From the IMG/VR virus record IMGVR_UViG_3300047282_000479, positions 1 through 59,932 of that record: a stretch of 59,932 bases of DNA. One strand, 5' to 3'. Both the position numbers and the translations under genes were made by a program. The stretch comes from a virus (taxonomy: Duplodnaviria > Caudoviricetes). Positions 47,580-56,622 of this stretch are shown in pieces. The notes below the pieces were generated by a model. That model did not search any database. It was not told where the DNA came from and worked only from the letters and a program-made list of their open reading frames with translations. Every line of letters begins with the position of its first letter. Position 1 is the stretch's first letter.

Positions 47580-48281
47580 TTATTCTTCAAAGACATATGA
47601 CCAATAACGAGAATCGGTCTTATTCTGTTTTGCATCCCAGAAAATACATCTAGCAATATAAGGAGGAACGCCTAATTTGCCACAATTAACACTCCAATGT
47701 CTTTCCATTTTCTTATATTGTTCAAGACCCTTTTTAGACTGATAAGTAAGAGTTTTCATTCCATACAATTCCAACATATGAGTATCACCACAAAATACCC
47801 TACACTCATTAGGATGACATTGTTCTAATGCAAACGAAACTTTTGCAGTACCTAGTCCAGAAATATTATTGACAATCTGATCTCTCTTTTTTACATGGTA
47901 CTTTTTGGTTGTTAGATAAAAGTCTTTCGGATTAGACCAAAATTTATCCTTAAAATCCCAAATAAACTTTGTACGATTGTTATATAGCCCACAACCACTA
48001 CTTTTAATCTTATCTCTCAGCAGTTCTTTATTATCAATCCAATCATTAAAGTCTTTGATTGCGTTATAGCCACTAACATTAGACTTCCATGTTGTATGAA
48101 CGCTCATAAAACTGAAAAGATACCGACGAAAAATATCTTCAACATTCTGAGGGCGAACACTCTCCCAATATTCCTTATATGCGATAACTTTATCCCTAGG
48201 AAATGTAGAGAAAAAAATATCGGCCTTATTCCTACTCATTTCAACAATATTATTTTCAGCAACAGCGTTCATAACAATCAT
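47580..48281 (-). CDS. HhH-superfamily DNA glycosylase (OGG-like)
   Basis: ISGLGTAKVSFAL helix-hairpin-helix followed by CGDTHML. Confidence 0.6.
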   Translation of the reverse strand: MIVMNAVAENNIVEMSRNKADIFFSTFPRDKVIAYKEYWESVRPQNVEDIFRRYLFSFMSVHTTWKSNVSGYNAIKDFNDWIDNKELLRDKIKSSGCGLYNNRTKFIWDFKDKFWSNPKDFYLTTKKYHVKKRDQIVNNISGLGTAKVSFALEQCHPNECRVFCGDTHMLELYGMKTLTYQSKKGLEQYKKMERHWSVNCGKLGVPPYIARCIFWDAKQNKTDSRYWSYVFEE

Positions 48282-48311
48282 AAATCCTCCAATGTTAGCG
48301 ACTATGCTCCG

Positions 48312-48354
48312 ATTCTACACTACTAGTATCGGTTAGTCAAGCCCAATACTTGAG
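48312..48354 (-). promoter_or_regulatory. Composite sigma70 + sigma28-like promoter
   Basis: CTCAAG..TTGACT-aACCGATAC..TAGAAT. Confidence 0.65.
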
Positions 48355-48358
48355 TCGC

Positions 48359-49012
48359 TCAGTTTTCTTTTTGTTGATAACCAATAAAGTTTTCTACTGT
48401 CCAATCAATATTATTATATATTATAGTTTTAATATCTGGTGGTACTTCTCTTTTTTTAATAGGTGCTGGTGGTGCTGTCTGATGCTTTTTATGAAGATTA
48501 AATCTACTACCAATTAAATCAAGAATAAAATAATGATTATAAATAAATTCTTCATATGTTATTAGTATATAATTATGTGCTATAATAGGCATAATTTGTG
48601 ATAAAAATAAACATTTATTTTTTCTTAATTCAAATATATTTTTATATCTTTCTTTAGTAGCATAATTACGATCAGCCATAATTTCTGTTTTTCCATGAAC
48701 AGAATACCACTCATTTAATAGCATATGAGGTAAACCACAATTATGTTTTGGTACATGATGTGGTAATCTATTCATAGCCATAATCCAATCATAAGGATTA
48801 CGAACAATTCCTATAAATAGAGTATGTCTACCTTTATAAGTAATTCTTTCTGGTTTTTGCCAACCAAAAAAATGTTTGTTATCAAAAATATAGGTTACTG
48901 GAAGATCAAATCTTTGTGATATACAAGATTCTAGAAAATTAGTACCAGAGTGTCTTTCACCATAAATTGTAAAATTAAATATTAGTTCACTCTGAGTTCT
49001 GAATAATTGCAT
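48359..49012 (-). CDS. Sulfotransferase-like P-loop protein
   Basis: IYGERHSGTNFL, KHFF, IVRNPYDW, ITYEEF. Confidence 0.65.
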   Translation of the reverse strand: MQLFRTQSELIFNFTIYGERHSGTNFLESCISQRFDLPVTYIFDNKHFFGWQKPERITYKGRHTLFIGIVRNPYDWIMAMNRLPHHVPKHNCGLPHMLLNEWYSVHGKTEIMADRNYATKERYKNIFELRKNKCLFLSQIMPIIAHNYILITYEEFIYNHYFILDLIGSRFNLHKKHQTAPPAPIKKREVPPDIKTIIYNNIDWTVENFIGYQQKEN

Positions 49013-49018
49013 AAGTTT

Positions 49019-50335
49019 TTACACATCTCTAGATGAACCATGTAAAATTTTAAATGTTGGAAATCTTAGACTAATACCACCATCTTGGTTTCTAGTTTCC
49101 TCAAAATACTGTACCGTGATAATCTGTCCAAGAATCTTTTTAGGATGTTTATAGAACTCTTGACGTTGCTCAATAGAAAAACCGCTTCCGACTCTAACAA
49201 TATTATTCTTATGATTAATAGATACACAAGATAGCATAGTTTCCTCACACTCTGCACCATCTTTAACATATCGAAATGGCCCCATTTCAGTATCGACAAC
49301 GGTATACTCATCATCAAAAAACTTTTTAACTTTTAGAAGGTCTTTACTACGCTTACCTTTATATGGTTCATCTGCTCGTAGCATTACGCCTTCCCAGCCA
49401 TAATCATTACCTCTTTTAGTCCATTCAGCAAAGTGGTCATCGTCTTTAATAAGTTCCTGACCAAGCAAACTAAGACAAGTACAAGTATTATCTCTCATAA
49501 CTGCCTCTAGATTATTATAGCGAATAGAATATGTCTTATTCTTTTGTCCTTGTTTACTGTAAAATTCATCATGACTAATCATATCAAAAATCTTATATGA
49601 AGGATTAGGAATAGTATGATCTTTCTTCTTGAGTTGTTTCATAACTCCTTGAAAATCCTCATTACCATCTTCGTCTACCAGACAAAGTTCTCCATCAAAT
49701 ACTACATCAGTAATACCAAGAGCCTTAATACCATCCCTGACGATGCCAAGAGTATCAAACTCCTTTCCCGTGCGGGAATAGAAGGTAGTATTACCATCAC
49801 TATCAACAATCCCAATACATCTAGCACCGTCAATTTTTCTGCTAACATACCAACCATCCTTCCAATCTACAAGTTTAGGCTCATATTTATCTGCCAGAGC
49901 AACACTAAACTCTGGAATATGGTCAGGAATAGCCTTATTAATAATCTTGTCACCAGCACGGGTTTTCAAGTCCTTATCAATAATGCAGTAAATAAGTTCT
50001 TCAATATTGTTTTTATTTGACTGACTATCAATAAAAGTATGAACTGCTCCAATAGCATCGTGACCAGTAATCTTACGACTCTTTAGATCATCAAGAAGAT
50101 CAAAGAAATTCTTATAGGATTTTCCTCTAAGCGAATTTTTCTTTTTCAGATTATCACTAGTAACATTATATTGCCAAAGAGGATGATAGGTATAGAGAAG
50201 AATTTTCTTAGCAAAATTTGCAGCCTCAGAGTTATGATTGCAATAATCCTCAATAATTCCTTGCTTATCAATAGTGCTGCTAGTGGCCCTAAGATCACGC
50301 ACCATTCCCATAACATAATTAAAATCGTGAATCAT
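49019..50335 (-). CDS. ATP-dependent DNA ligase
   Basis: KIDGAR (motif I), FDGEL, IFDM, EGVMLR, LLKVK, VGSGF, LRFP. Confidence 0.93.
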   Translation of the reverse strand: MIHDFNYVMGMVRDLRATSSTIDKQGIIEDYCNHNSEAANFAKKILLYTYHPLWQYNVTSDNLKKKNSLRGKSYKNFFDLLDDLKSRKITGHDAIGAVHTFIDSQSNKNNIEELIYCIIDKDLKTRAGDKIINKAIPDHIPEFSVALADKYEPKLVDWKDGWYVSRKIDGARCIGIVDSDGNTTFYSRTGKEFDTLGIVRDGIKALGITDVVFDGELCLVDEDGNEDFQGVMKQLKKKDHTIPNPSYKIFDMISHDEFYSKQGQKNKTYSIRYNNLEAVMRDNTCTCLSLLGQELIKDDDHFAEWTKRGNDYGWEGVMLRADEPYKGKRSKDLLKVKKFFDDEYTVVDTEMGPFRYVKDGAECEETMLSCVSINHKNNIVRVGSGFSIEQRQEFYKHPKKILGQIITVQYFEETRNQDGGISLRFPTFKILHGSSRDV

Positions 50336-50360
50336 CCAAATAGTCTCCTGTGTTTAGCGT

Positions 50361-50389
50361 AGTATATCATACGCTATTCCTGTTGTCAA
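50361..50389 (-). promoter_or_regulatory. sigma70-like promoter (ligase)
   Basis: TTGACA-N17-TATACT. Confidence 0.7.
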
Positions 50390-50395
50390 GTATCG

Positions 50396-51061
50396 TTATT
50401 CGTTTTCTGGAACTTGATCTTTTTCTTTAAACTCATAGAAGAATAATTCTTCATGACTTTCACTAACCCATCTACTGCCAGTATGTTCACAACTAAATTC
50501 TTGACTAAATACTTTCCAATCTGGTTTTTTATCAAATTTTTTGCTTATAAAAGCACCACCATCCATCCACAATACTCTATTATTTGGTTGAATAAAATAT
50601 TGTCCATCACCCTCAAATACATGGCCGCATTTATGACCAGCAGACATTTCTCCATATCCAGATTGATACTGTGGCCCTAAGCACCAATCAATAGTAAATA
50701 AATATTTAACTTTATGTAATGTTTTATTTTTAAGTAGAACATTGGCCGCTCTGTTTTTAGAGTATTGATCAATTTTCACACTTGCATAATAACTCATATT
50801 ATCCCACAATTGAATCCAATCTAAAGGATAATCGGTTCCGCCAGACTTATCTACTCTTAGATAATGAATTGGTACTCTGGCGTGTTGACTTCCATATTCT
50901 GTCATTACAGAAAACAGCCCACATCTTTGTGGGATACTTGTAAAATTAAAAACTTCTACTGGAATCCTGTCGCTATTTAAACTAGGGGGTTTATCATAAA
51001 GAAAATTCGTATCTAAATACGCAATAAAGACAGGAATATCAATATTTAGATAGTTGCTCAT
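50396..51061 (-). CDS. Conserved phage hypothetical protein
   Basis: YLN..IP, RVPIH, QLWD, YLFTIDW, HKCGH, QPNNRVLW. Confidence 0.7.
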   Translation of the reverse strand: MSNYLNIDIPVFIAYLDTNFLYDKPPSLNSDRIPVEVFNFTSIPQRCGLFSVMTEYGSQHARVPIHYLRVDKSGGTDYPLDWIQLWDNMSYYASVKIDQYSKNRAANVLLKNKTLHKVKYLFTIDWCLGPQYQSGYGEMSAGHKCGHVFEGDGQYFIQPNNRVLWMDGGAFISKKFDKKPDWKVFSQEFSCEHTGSRWVSESHEELFFYEFKEKDQVPENE

Positions 51062-51393
51062 TTTGATCTCGACAACAAATAATTCATAGCATTAACTATA
51101 CCTTGCAAATTATCACCAAGTTTACCTATACCAGTATTACATTTATCACAAATCCAACCTCTAAAACTATCATCGCTATGATCATGATCTAGCACCCATT
51201 TAATAGGTATTTTTTTACAACACTCACAAACTACTGGTTTTGCTGGAGCCTTTTTATGAAGTTTGCTTCTTACTTTACTATGTTTTTTAACACATTTTTT
51301 ACATCGTGTATCAAGATTGTCTTTGTACATACTATGTTTTGGAAAACTTGCTTTATTTTTCCTTTTACCACAATATGAACAAATTTTTCTCAT
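51058..51393 (-). CDS. Recombination endonuclease VII-like
   Basis: CECC...VLDHDH....RGWICDKCNTGIGKLGD. Confidence 0.85.
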   Translation of the reverse strand: MRKICSYCGKRKNKASFPKHSMYKDNLDTRCKKCVKKHSKVRSKLHKKAPAKPVVCECCKKIPIKWVLDHDHSDDSFRGWICDKCNTGIGKLGDNLQGIVNAMNYLLSRSK

Positions 51394-51510
51394 TTATGCT
51401 TCTTGAGTTGCTTCTTGAGTTTTTTTAAATACCTATCTTCTGCTAATTCTTCGGGATTTTTCTTTTCCTGTTTGCGTAATTTTTTGTATATCTTTTTCCA
51501 GAAACTCATA

Positions 51511-52053
51511 TTATACCTTTATTGATTGACTAACGTTTTTACAAAAATCTATAACTTGTTCATCAGAAAATCTGTTTCTGGCATAGTTAAACATAAGAGC
51601 AACAAAACGAATATTCCCTTTAATATAACCTTTACTATTATCTATTCTATCAACAGATGCAGAATATGGTGCTGAAATATTATCGTCACTATATTTTTTT
51701 AATACCAGTTTTTGTTTTGTGAATGGACAAATACCGCCTTGTTGTTTCCAAAGCATTTCCAAGTATTCTATATCTACATCATAGAACTGGTTTCTCTTTT
51801 TGGAACTTTTTTTGATTACTTTCATATACCATCTAAAACCAGCATATTTATCTCTTTGTCTTGTATATTGTGTATTTAAAAAATTATTTTTAAATTTTGT
51901 TAGATGTTGTAAATTATTTTTATTTTTCCCAGCACATTTAAGACTACAATAAAATTCAGTTTTACCCCTTTTTTTCTGTCTTTTTATTTCTGCTGCTGGT
52001 TTTTCTGTTTCCTTAGCACATACAGCACATATTATCTTAGTTTTAGTAATCAT
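51511..52053 (-). mobile_element. Free-standing HNH endonuclease downstream of tmRNA
   Basis: AGGAG RBS, ATG 52053; QQGGICP...SASVDRIDNSKGYIKGNIRFV...N. Confidence 0.85.
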
Positions 52054-52113
52054 TTGTATCTCCTTAGTTGGTAATTTATAATACACCAAAAATGGAGATG
52101 AGCAAGTATTTAA

Positions 52114-52468
52114 TGGAGGCGGGCAGAGTCGAACTGCCGTGCTATCATATTTCAAATTACATTTTCTACAAGTTTATTTTATTCATAGATTAAATAGGAG
52201 TACAGAATAAACAAGACTAATCCTATCTTACCAACTGCTCTTAACCTACAACCCGTTGGATATTGTAAGTGCAGAGGGATTTAACGACAGACTTTTGATC
52301 CCTACCCTCATTCGGTATCGCAGTCTGTTACTGCCGTTTTTTATTAGGCAGCAAGGGCTAACTGATTATTGCCAGTTAAAGCATTTGGTAGATTTTTAAA
52401 GTGGCCCTTCCACCAACCACTACTTGCTAATATAATCGTCTTTATGTAGTCGAAACCTTTACGCCCCC
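52114..52468 (-). ncRNA. ssrA: tmRNA (tag (A)GNNQLALAA, 52373-52344)
   Basis: 5' GGGGGCGTAAAGGTTTCGAC; 3' GGCAGTTCGACTCTGCCCGCCTCCA; G3.U70; TAACT resume context; tandem TAA stops; 355 nt. Confidence 0.92.
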
Positions 52469-52705
52469 TTATTTCTTCAATACACTAGGAGGATCACAAG
52501 CATTAAAAAATGGATTATTTTCAAGCCTTTTAATCTCATTTTGAATCTGCTGAAATTCCATTTGACTAGTACCACAACGCCATAAAACAGAATCAAATTC
52601 TATCTTGCGTAGTCTACTATAGAAATGAATATTAAACAGAAAAGATAGAAATAGTAATCCAATCAAGAATGTATAACTTGCCAAATGATTTGAACGATTA
52701 GTCAT
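52469..52705 (-). CDS. Small membrane protein
   Basis: AAGGA RBS, MTNRSN start, one TM; stop abuts tmRNA 5' end. Confidence 0.55.
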   Translation of the reverse strand: MTNRSNHLASYTFLIGLLFLSFLFNIHFYSRLRKIEFDSVLWRCGTSQMEFQQIQNEIKRLENNPFFNACDPPSVLKK

Positions 52706-52772
52706 AAATTTTGTTCCTTTTAGACGAAATGGTGTATGATACTTTATCAAGTTTTAATCAAGGAGTTCGACT

Positions 52773-53282
52773 ATGAATCATTGTGCTAATTGCTTTAAAA
52801 AAACTAGTAATGCTAAATTTTGTTGTTTATCTTGTAGTGCTACTTATACTAATAAAACTCATCCAAAACGAAAACCTCAATCAAATAATAATGCTAAATG
52901 TCCGAATTGTAAAAAGAATTTTCATACTGATTATGCTACACAAATTTGTTGTTCCAAACAATGCTCAACCGAATATCGCAGACTCCAGAGCGATAAAATT
53001 ATTGAACAAGAAGGTTTTGGCGATGGGCATTATCATAATCTTAGAATTAGAAAATATCTTATTAGAAAACATGGAAATAATTGCATGATTTGCGGGCAAT
53101 CTGGAGATCATTGGAATGGAAAACCCATTACTCTTATAGTAGATCATATTGATGGCAAATCCAATAATAATAAACTTAATAATCTCCGTATAGTTTGTCC
53201 AAATTGCGATTGTCAACTTCCAACATACAAAGCAAAAAATAAAGGTAATAGTTCTAGGAAATATTTTATAGTTCAAAAATAA
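52773..53282 (+). mobile_element. Free-standing HNH endonuclease convergent on tRNA-Ile
   Basis: CMICG...LIVDHIDG...NN.LNNLRIVCPNCD. Confidence 0.88.
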
Positions 53283-53283
53283 A

Positions 53284-53359
53284 TAGGGGATAAAGGAGTT
53301 GAACCTTTCTCTTGAACTGCTTATAAGACAGGTGACCACTACCGGCGGTCGCATCCCCC
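53284..53359 (-). tRNA. trnI: tRNA-Ile(UAU)
   Basis: GGGGGAT/ATCCCCT acceptor, GACC/GGTC D-stem, loop CT-TAT-AA, T-arm AAAGG-TTCAACT-CCTTT; one mismatch at top of anticodon stem. Confidence 0.8.
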
Positions 53360-53367
53360 GTGTTTGT

Positions 53368-53404
53368 ATTGTATACTATCGACCGATCTCTGTCAACTCT
53401 TGAG
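53368..53404 (-). promoter_or_regulatory. Composite promoter for tRNA-Ile/tmRNA unit
   Basis: CTCAAG..TTGACA..GTCGATAG..TACAAT. Confidence 0.65.
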
Positions 53405-53948
53405 TTTCATTTTTCAATTTTTCCACAAAATTACGATAAACTCCCATAACAATACCACTAGTTGTTCCCACATTAAGAGAACGAACACTGCCATAGTTAG
53501 GGATAGTAAGTATAATATCAGACTTATCCAATATGAAATCTGATAGTCCTCTATTTTCTTCTCCAAATAGAAAGATAGGTTCTCTAATATTAGTAAATTT
53601 ATAATCAAAGAGATTACTGGTTTTGTGAATATAGTCGGGAATATTATTTTCAATAGCAATAATAGTCCTACCACAGCATTGTGAAATAAAAGATGATTCA
53701 TCTTTATGGTTATATACCGGAGTATAATGATGAGTTCCTACACTACCTCTTTTATCCCACTTCTTTTTACCAACATAATGAACACTACGAAATCCAAAAA
53801 AATTAGCATTACGAATCATGGTGCTAAGATTAAAATCCCCACCAATATTAATCATACCCACACTAGCAGGAATACTATTGCTGTGACAGTATTTAGCAAT
53901 GTCTGGAATTGACAAATCTTTAAGACTGTCTATCACGTTCATTTTCAA
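53376..53948 (-). CDS. SpoU/TrmH-family RNA 2'-O-methyltransferase
   Basis: FNLSTMIRNANFFG, LFGEENRGL, IP..GSVRSLNV. Confidence 0.88.
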   Translation of the reverse strand: MKMNVIDSLKDLSIPDIAKYCHSNSIPASVGMINIGGDFNLSTMIRNANFFGFRSVHYVGKKKWDKRGSVGTHHYTPVYNHKDESSFISQCCGRTIIAIENNIPDYIHKTSNLFDYKFTNIREPIFLFGEENRGLSDFILDKSDIILTIPNYGSVRSLNVGTTSGIVMGVYRNFVEKLKNETQELTEIGR

Positions 53949-54093
53949 GTTCTTTAAGTTTTTGTTCCCAAATTTCTCTTTGTTTATACATCTCTATACA
54001 ATTATTACAAAGATCTGAACTAATATATTCCCTAATATCCGCTATTTTATTTTTGATCTCCCATATTCTTGTTTCTAGTTCGTGATTTAGCAT
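53920..54093 (-). CDS. Small coiled-coil protein
   Basis: Probable start MLNHELE. Confidence 0.45.
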   Translation of the reverse strand: MLNHELETRIWEIKNKIADIREYISSDLCNNCIEMYKQREIWEQKLKELENERDRQS

Positions 54094-54439
54094 TGGATTT
54101 CTTCTCTTTCTTAATTTCTTTTTGCCAGAAAACCATTTCATTCATTTTATTATCCCAAGCACATTCAATTAAGTCTTGTGCAGCAAGTTTTGCTAAACCA
54201 ATATTGTGAATCCAAATTGCGGTTTCTTCAAAAATTTGTTCATTAGTTTCTTCATCAAGCAAAGGACGATTTTCATTATCGTGACCAAGGCAAAACTCAT
54301 CAACCAAATTAGTCATTTGTTTCAATGAAATATATTCGTCTAAATTATCGTTATTATCTGACGAGATACTTTTTGCTGCTGCTTCACGCATTTGAACAGC
54401 ATATCCATCAAGATCAACAATAGCATAAACTTCAGACAT
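54047..54439 (-). CDS. Hypothetical protein (paralog of 38185-38604)
   Basis: GGAG RBS; LAKLAAQDLIECAWD...MVFW. Confidence 0.7.
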   Translation of the reverse strand: MSEVYAIVDLDGYAVQMREAAAKSISSDNNDNLDEYISLKQMTNLVDEFCLGHDNENRPLLDEETNEQIFEETAIWIHNIGLAKLAAQDLIECAWDNKMNEMVFWQKEIKKEKKSNAKSRTRNKNMGDQK

Positions 54440-54452
54440 AAAATCTCCAATA

Positions 54453-54725
54453 TTATTTGATATATTTATTTACACCAGAACCGTAATCTGTATCAGTAAT
54501 ATGATCAATAGTATCTTGTATAGAATATTGTCCTCTAGGTAGCCATCTATCATCATTTTGTAATGCTGTCAATATTTGAGGAATCCAATGCTGATAAGCC
54601 AAATGATATTCATTAGGAAAGTATTCTTGTAAAATAAGTTCCATATGAGATATACTGGTTTTAATTTCCTCTCTACAATGAACTAGTTTAGATAGTTGCT
54701 GTCTCTGATTCTCTGTAAGAATCAT
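54453..54725 (-). CDS. Hypothetical protein
   Basis: 90 aa in operon. Confidence 0.65.
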   Translation of the reverse strand: MILTENQRQQLSKLVHCREEIKTSISHMELILQEYFPNEYHLAYQHWIPQILTALQNDDRWLPRGQYSIQDTIDHITDTDYGSGVNKYIK

Positions 54726-55135
54726 ACCTGAACTTCCTTGGGTTTAAGTTTCAGCAGTTTGTGGGCTGTTTTCCAAACTCCTGTTTCTTTATTTTGAATG
54801 TCTCCATTCATCCAGATATGACAAAAACCAGCACTCTTATCAAGCCCCCATGCCAGAATACCGTTTTCATCAACTCTTTCTACAAGAAATTTTCCACGAT
54901 AGCCCATAGGGATAAAATCTCCACGATGAACAAAATACGGGCCTCCAGCAACCTTAATCTTATCTCCCTTTTGGAGTTCTTTCCAGTTGATATTACGGAC
55001 AATTTTTGTATTTCTATCTTCTCTACTTTTATTCTTGAAAATAAAAGGAGTATTACAATTCTTACACATATAAGCACGGGGGCCAGTTACCGTTCCGCAC
55101 TTATCGCAAGCCTTCTTACCTCTACCAAGTCCCAT
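54722..55135 (-). CDS. Zn-ribbon/SH3-like protein
   Basis: CDKCG..GPRA..CKNC; AGGAG RBS. Confidence 0.7.
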   Translation of the reverse strand: MGLGRGKKACDKCGTVTGPRAYMCKNCNTPFIFKNKSREDRNTKIVRNINWKELQKGDKIKVAGGPYFVHRGDFIPMGYRGKFLVERVDENGILAWGLDKSAGFCHIWMNGDIQNKETGVWKTAHKLLKLKPKEVQV

Positions 55136-55168
55136 AATTTAGTCTCCTGTGTTGGTTGTGATGTTCCA

Positions 55169-55210
55169 AGTATAACACCATAATCGGCGTTGTCAAGAGG
55201 TTTTCTTTAG
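55169..55210 (-). promoter_or_regulatory. Composite sigma70 + sigma28-like promoter
   Basis: CTAAAG..TTGACA-acGCCGATTA..TATACT. Confidence 0.7.
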
Positions 55211-55438
55211 AGGTTGTTCAACTTTTTTATCTTTGTCAGGAAAAATAGTCAGTTTGCCGGGATTATAATGACAAAAATAACTACTATGAATACGCTTCTT
55301 AATCAGATTATCTTCTTCAATTTCAATATAAACATTAATTCTATAACGATTTTCCCATACGTTAATAATACGAGTCATAAGATAATGCTTAGGTTTTTCA
55401 ACTTGCTTAAAAAGCAAACTTTCAATTTCAAGATCCAT
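55193..55438 (-). CDS. Hypothetical protein
   Basis: INVWENRYRINVY...SYF. Confidence 0.65.
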   Translation of the reverse strand: MDLEIESLLFKQVEKPKHYLMTRIINVWENRYRINVYIEIEEDNLIKKRIHSSYFCHYNPGKLTIFPDKDKKVEQPLKKTS

Positions 55439-55631
55439 TAGCAGTCTCCGATTGATATGTGTCTATTTCAAAACTAATTTTTCCATCCGGCATCTCAATA
55501 AAATCTATAGGATAATACTCTAGTGTTTCGAAATCAAATACCGAAACTTCTTCCTGCCAAGGAAAAGAACCTGGATTTTTTACATTGTTTGCTTTTTCAT
55601 AAAGTAAGTTATAAAGATCAAGCCAAATCAT
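55428..55631 (-). CDS. Hypothetical protein
   Basis: 67 aa, GGAGG RBS. Confidence 0.6.
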   Translation of the reverse strand: MIWLDLYNLLYEKANNVKNPGSFPWQEEVSVFDFETLEYYPIDFIEMPDGKISFEIDTYQSETANGS

Positions 55632-55717
55632 TATCTAGCCCTCCAAATATTTGTTTTGTGGATACAATCGGTGTATATTGAGTATATCGCGTAGTTGTAC
55701 AAAAGTCAAGGTGACGT

Positions 55718-56350
55718 ATGAAAATATGCGGAAAATGTAAGATTGAAAAAGAATTAGATCAATTTACCAACAATAAGACCAAAAAAGATGGTAAGTGTGT
55801 ATATTGTCGCAGTTGTTATGCTGAAATAAATAAAGTATGGAGACAAAATAATCCAGATAGGGATAAAAAAATTCATCAAAAATGGAAACAAAATAATCCA
55901 GATAAAGTTCGTAAAAACAATTTAAAATCATATTATAATAATCACGAAAAACGTAAATCAAAATCAAGACAATATAAACAAGACAATAAAAATATTTTGA
56001 GAATTAAGCATAGACTCTATACAAATAAAAAATACTACGAAGATATTGAATATAGACTTAAAATTTTGATTAGAGGACGTATATGGAAAGCACTTAAACG
56101 AAACTCAAAACAATCATCTTCTTTAGAATTATTAGGATGTTCAATCAATGATCTCAAAATTTATTTAGAAAAACAATTTATAGATGGTATGAATTGGAAT
56201 AACTATGGACAATGGCATATAGATCATATTAAACCCTGTGCTAGTTTTGATTTAACTAATTTAGATCAACAAAGATTATGTTTTCATTATACTAATTTAC
56301 AACCATTATGGGCTAAAGATAATATCAGAAAATCTAATAAGATTATCTAG
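55718..56350 (+). mobile_element. Free-standing HNH endonuclease flanked by 10-bp direct repeat
   Basis: WHIDHIKPCASFDL...HYTNLQPLWAKDNIRKS; ATTATCTAGC at 55630 and 56342. Confidence 0.88.
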
Positions 56351-56561
56351 CACGACGATTAGCCCGATCAAGAATCCTTAGTTTTTCTTTTGCATTTGCT
56401 GGACAAACCACCAAATCCGGTGCTGTTTTATGAGAATAATTCATAAACCCTACCGCACGATTTTCTACACTACAATCTTTACAGATAATTTTACGACCAG
56501 TTTCAACAAGAAACTCATACCGATCAACGCCAACACAATTTTTGCAATAAATACAGTTCAT
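56343..56561 (-). CDS. DksA/TraR-like C4 zinc-finger protein
   Basis: CIYC...RYEFL......CKDC; first gene after promoter. Confidence 0.55.
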   Translation of the reverse strand: MNCIYCKNCVGVDRYEFLVETGRKIICKDCSVENRAVGFMNYSHKTAPDLVVCPANAKEKLRILDRANRRAR

Positions 56562-56580
56562 AGTTGCCTCCGTAGAGCGG

Positions 56581-56622
56581 ATTATACCACTAGTGTCGGC
56601 ATTGTCAACTCGTCTACTGTAG
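56581..56622 (-). promoter_or_regulatory. Composite sigma70 + sigma28-like promoter
   Basis: CTACAG..TTGACA-atGCCGACAC..TATAAT. Confidence 0.65.
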
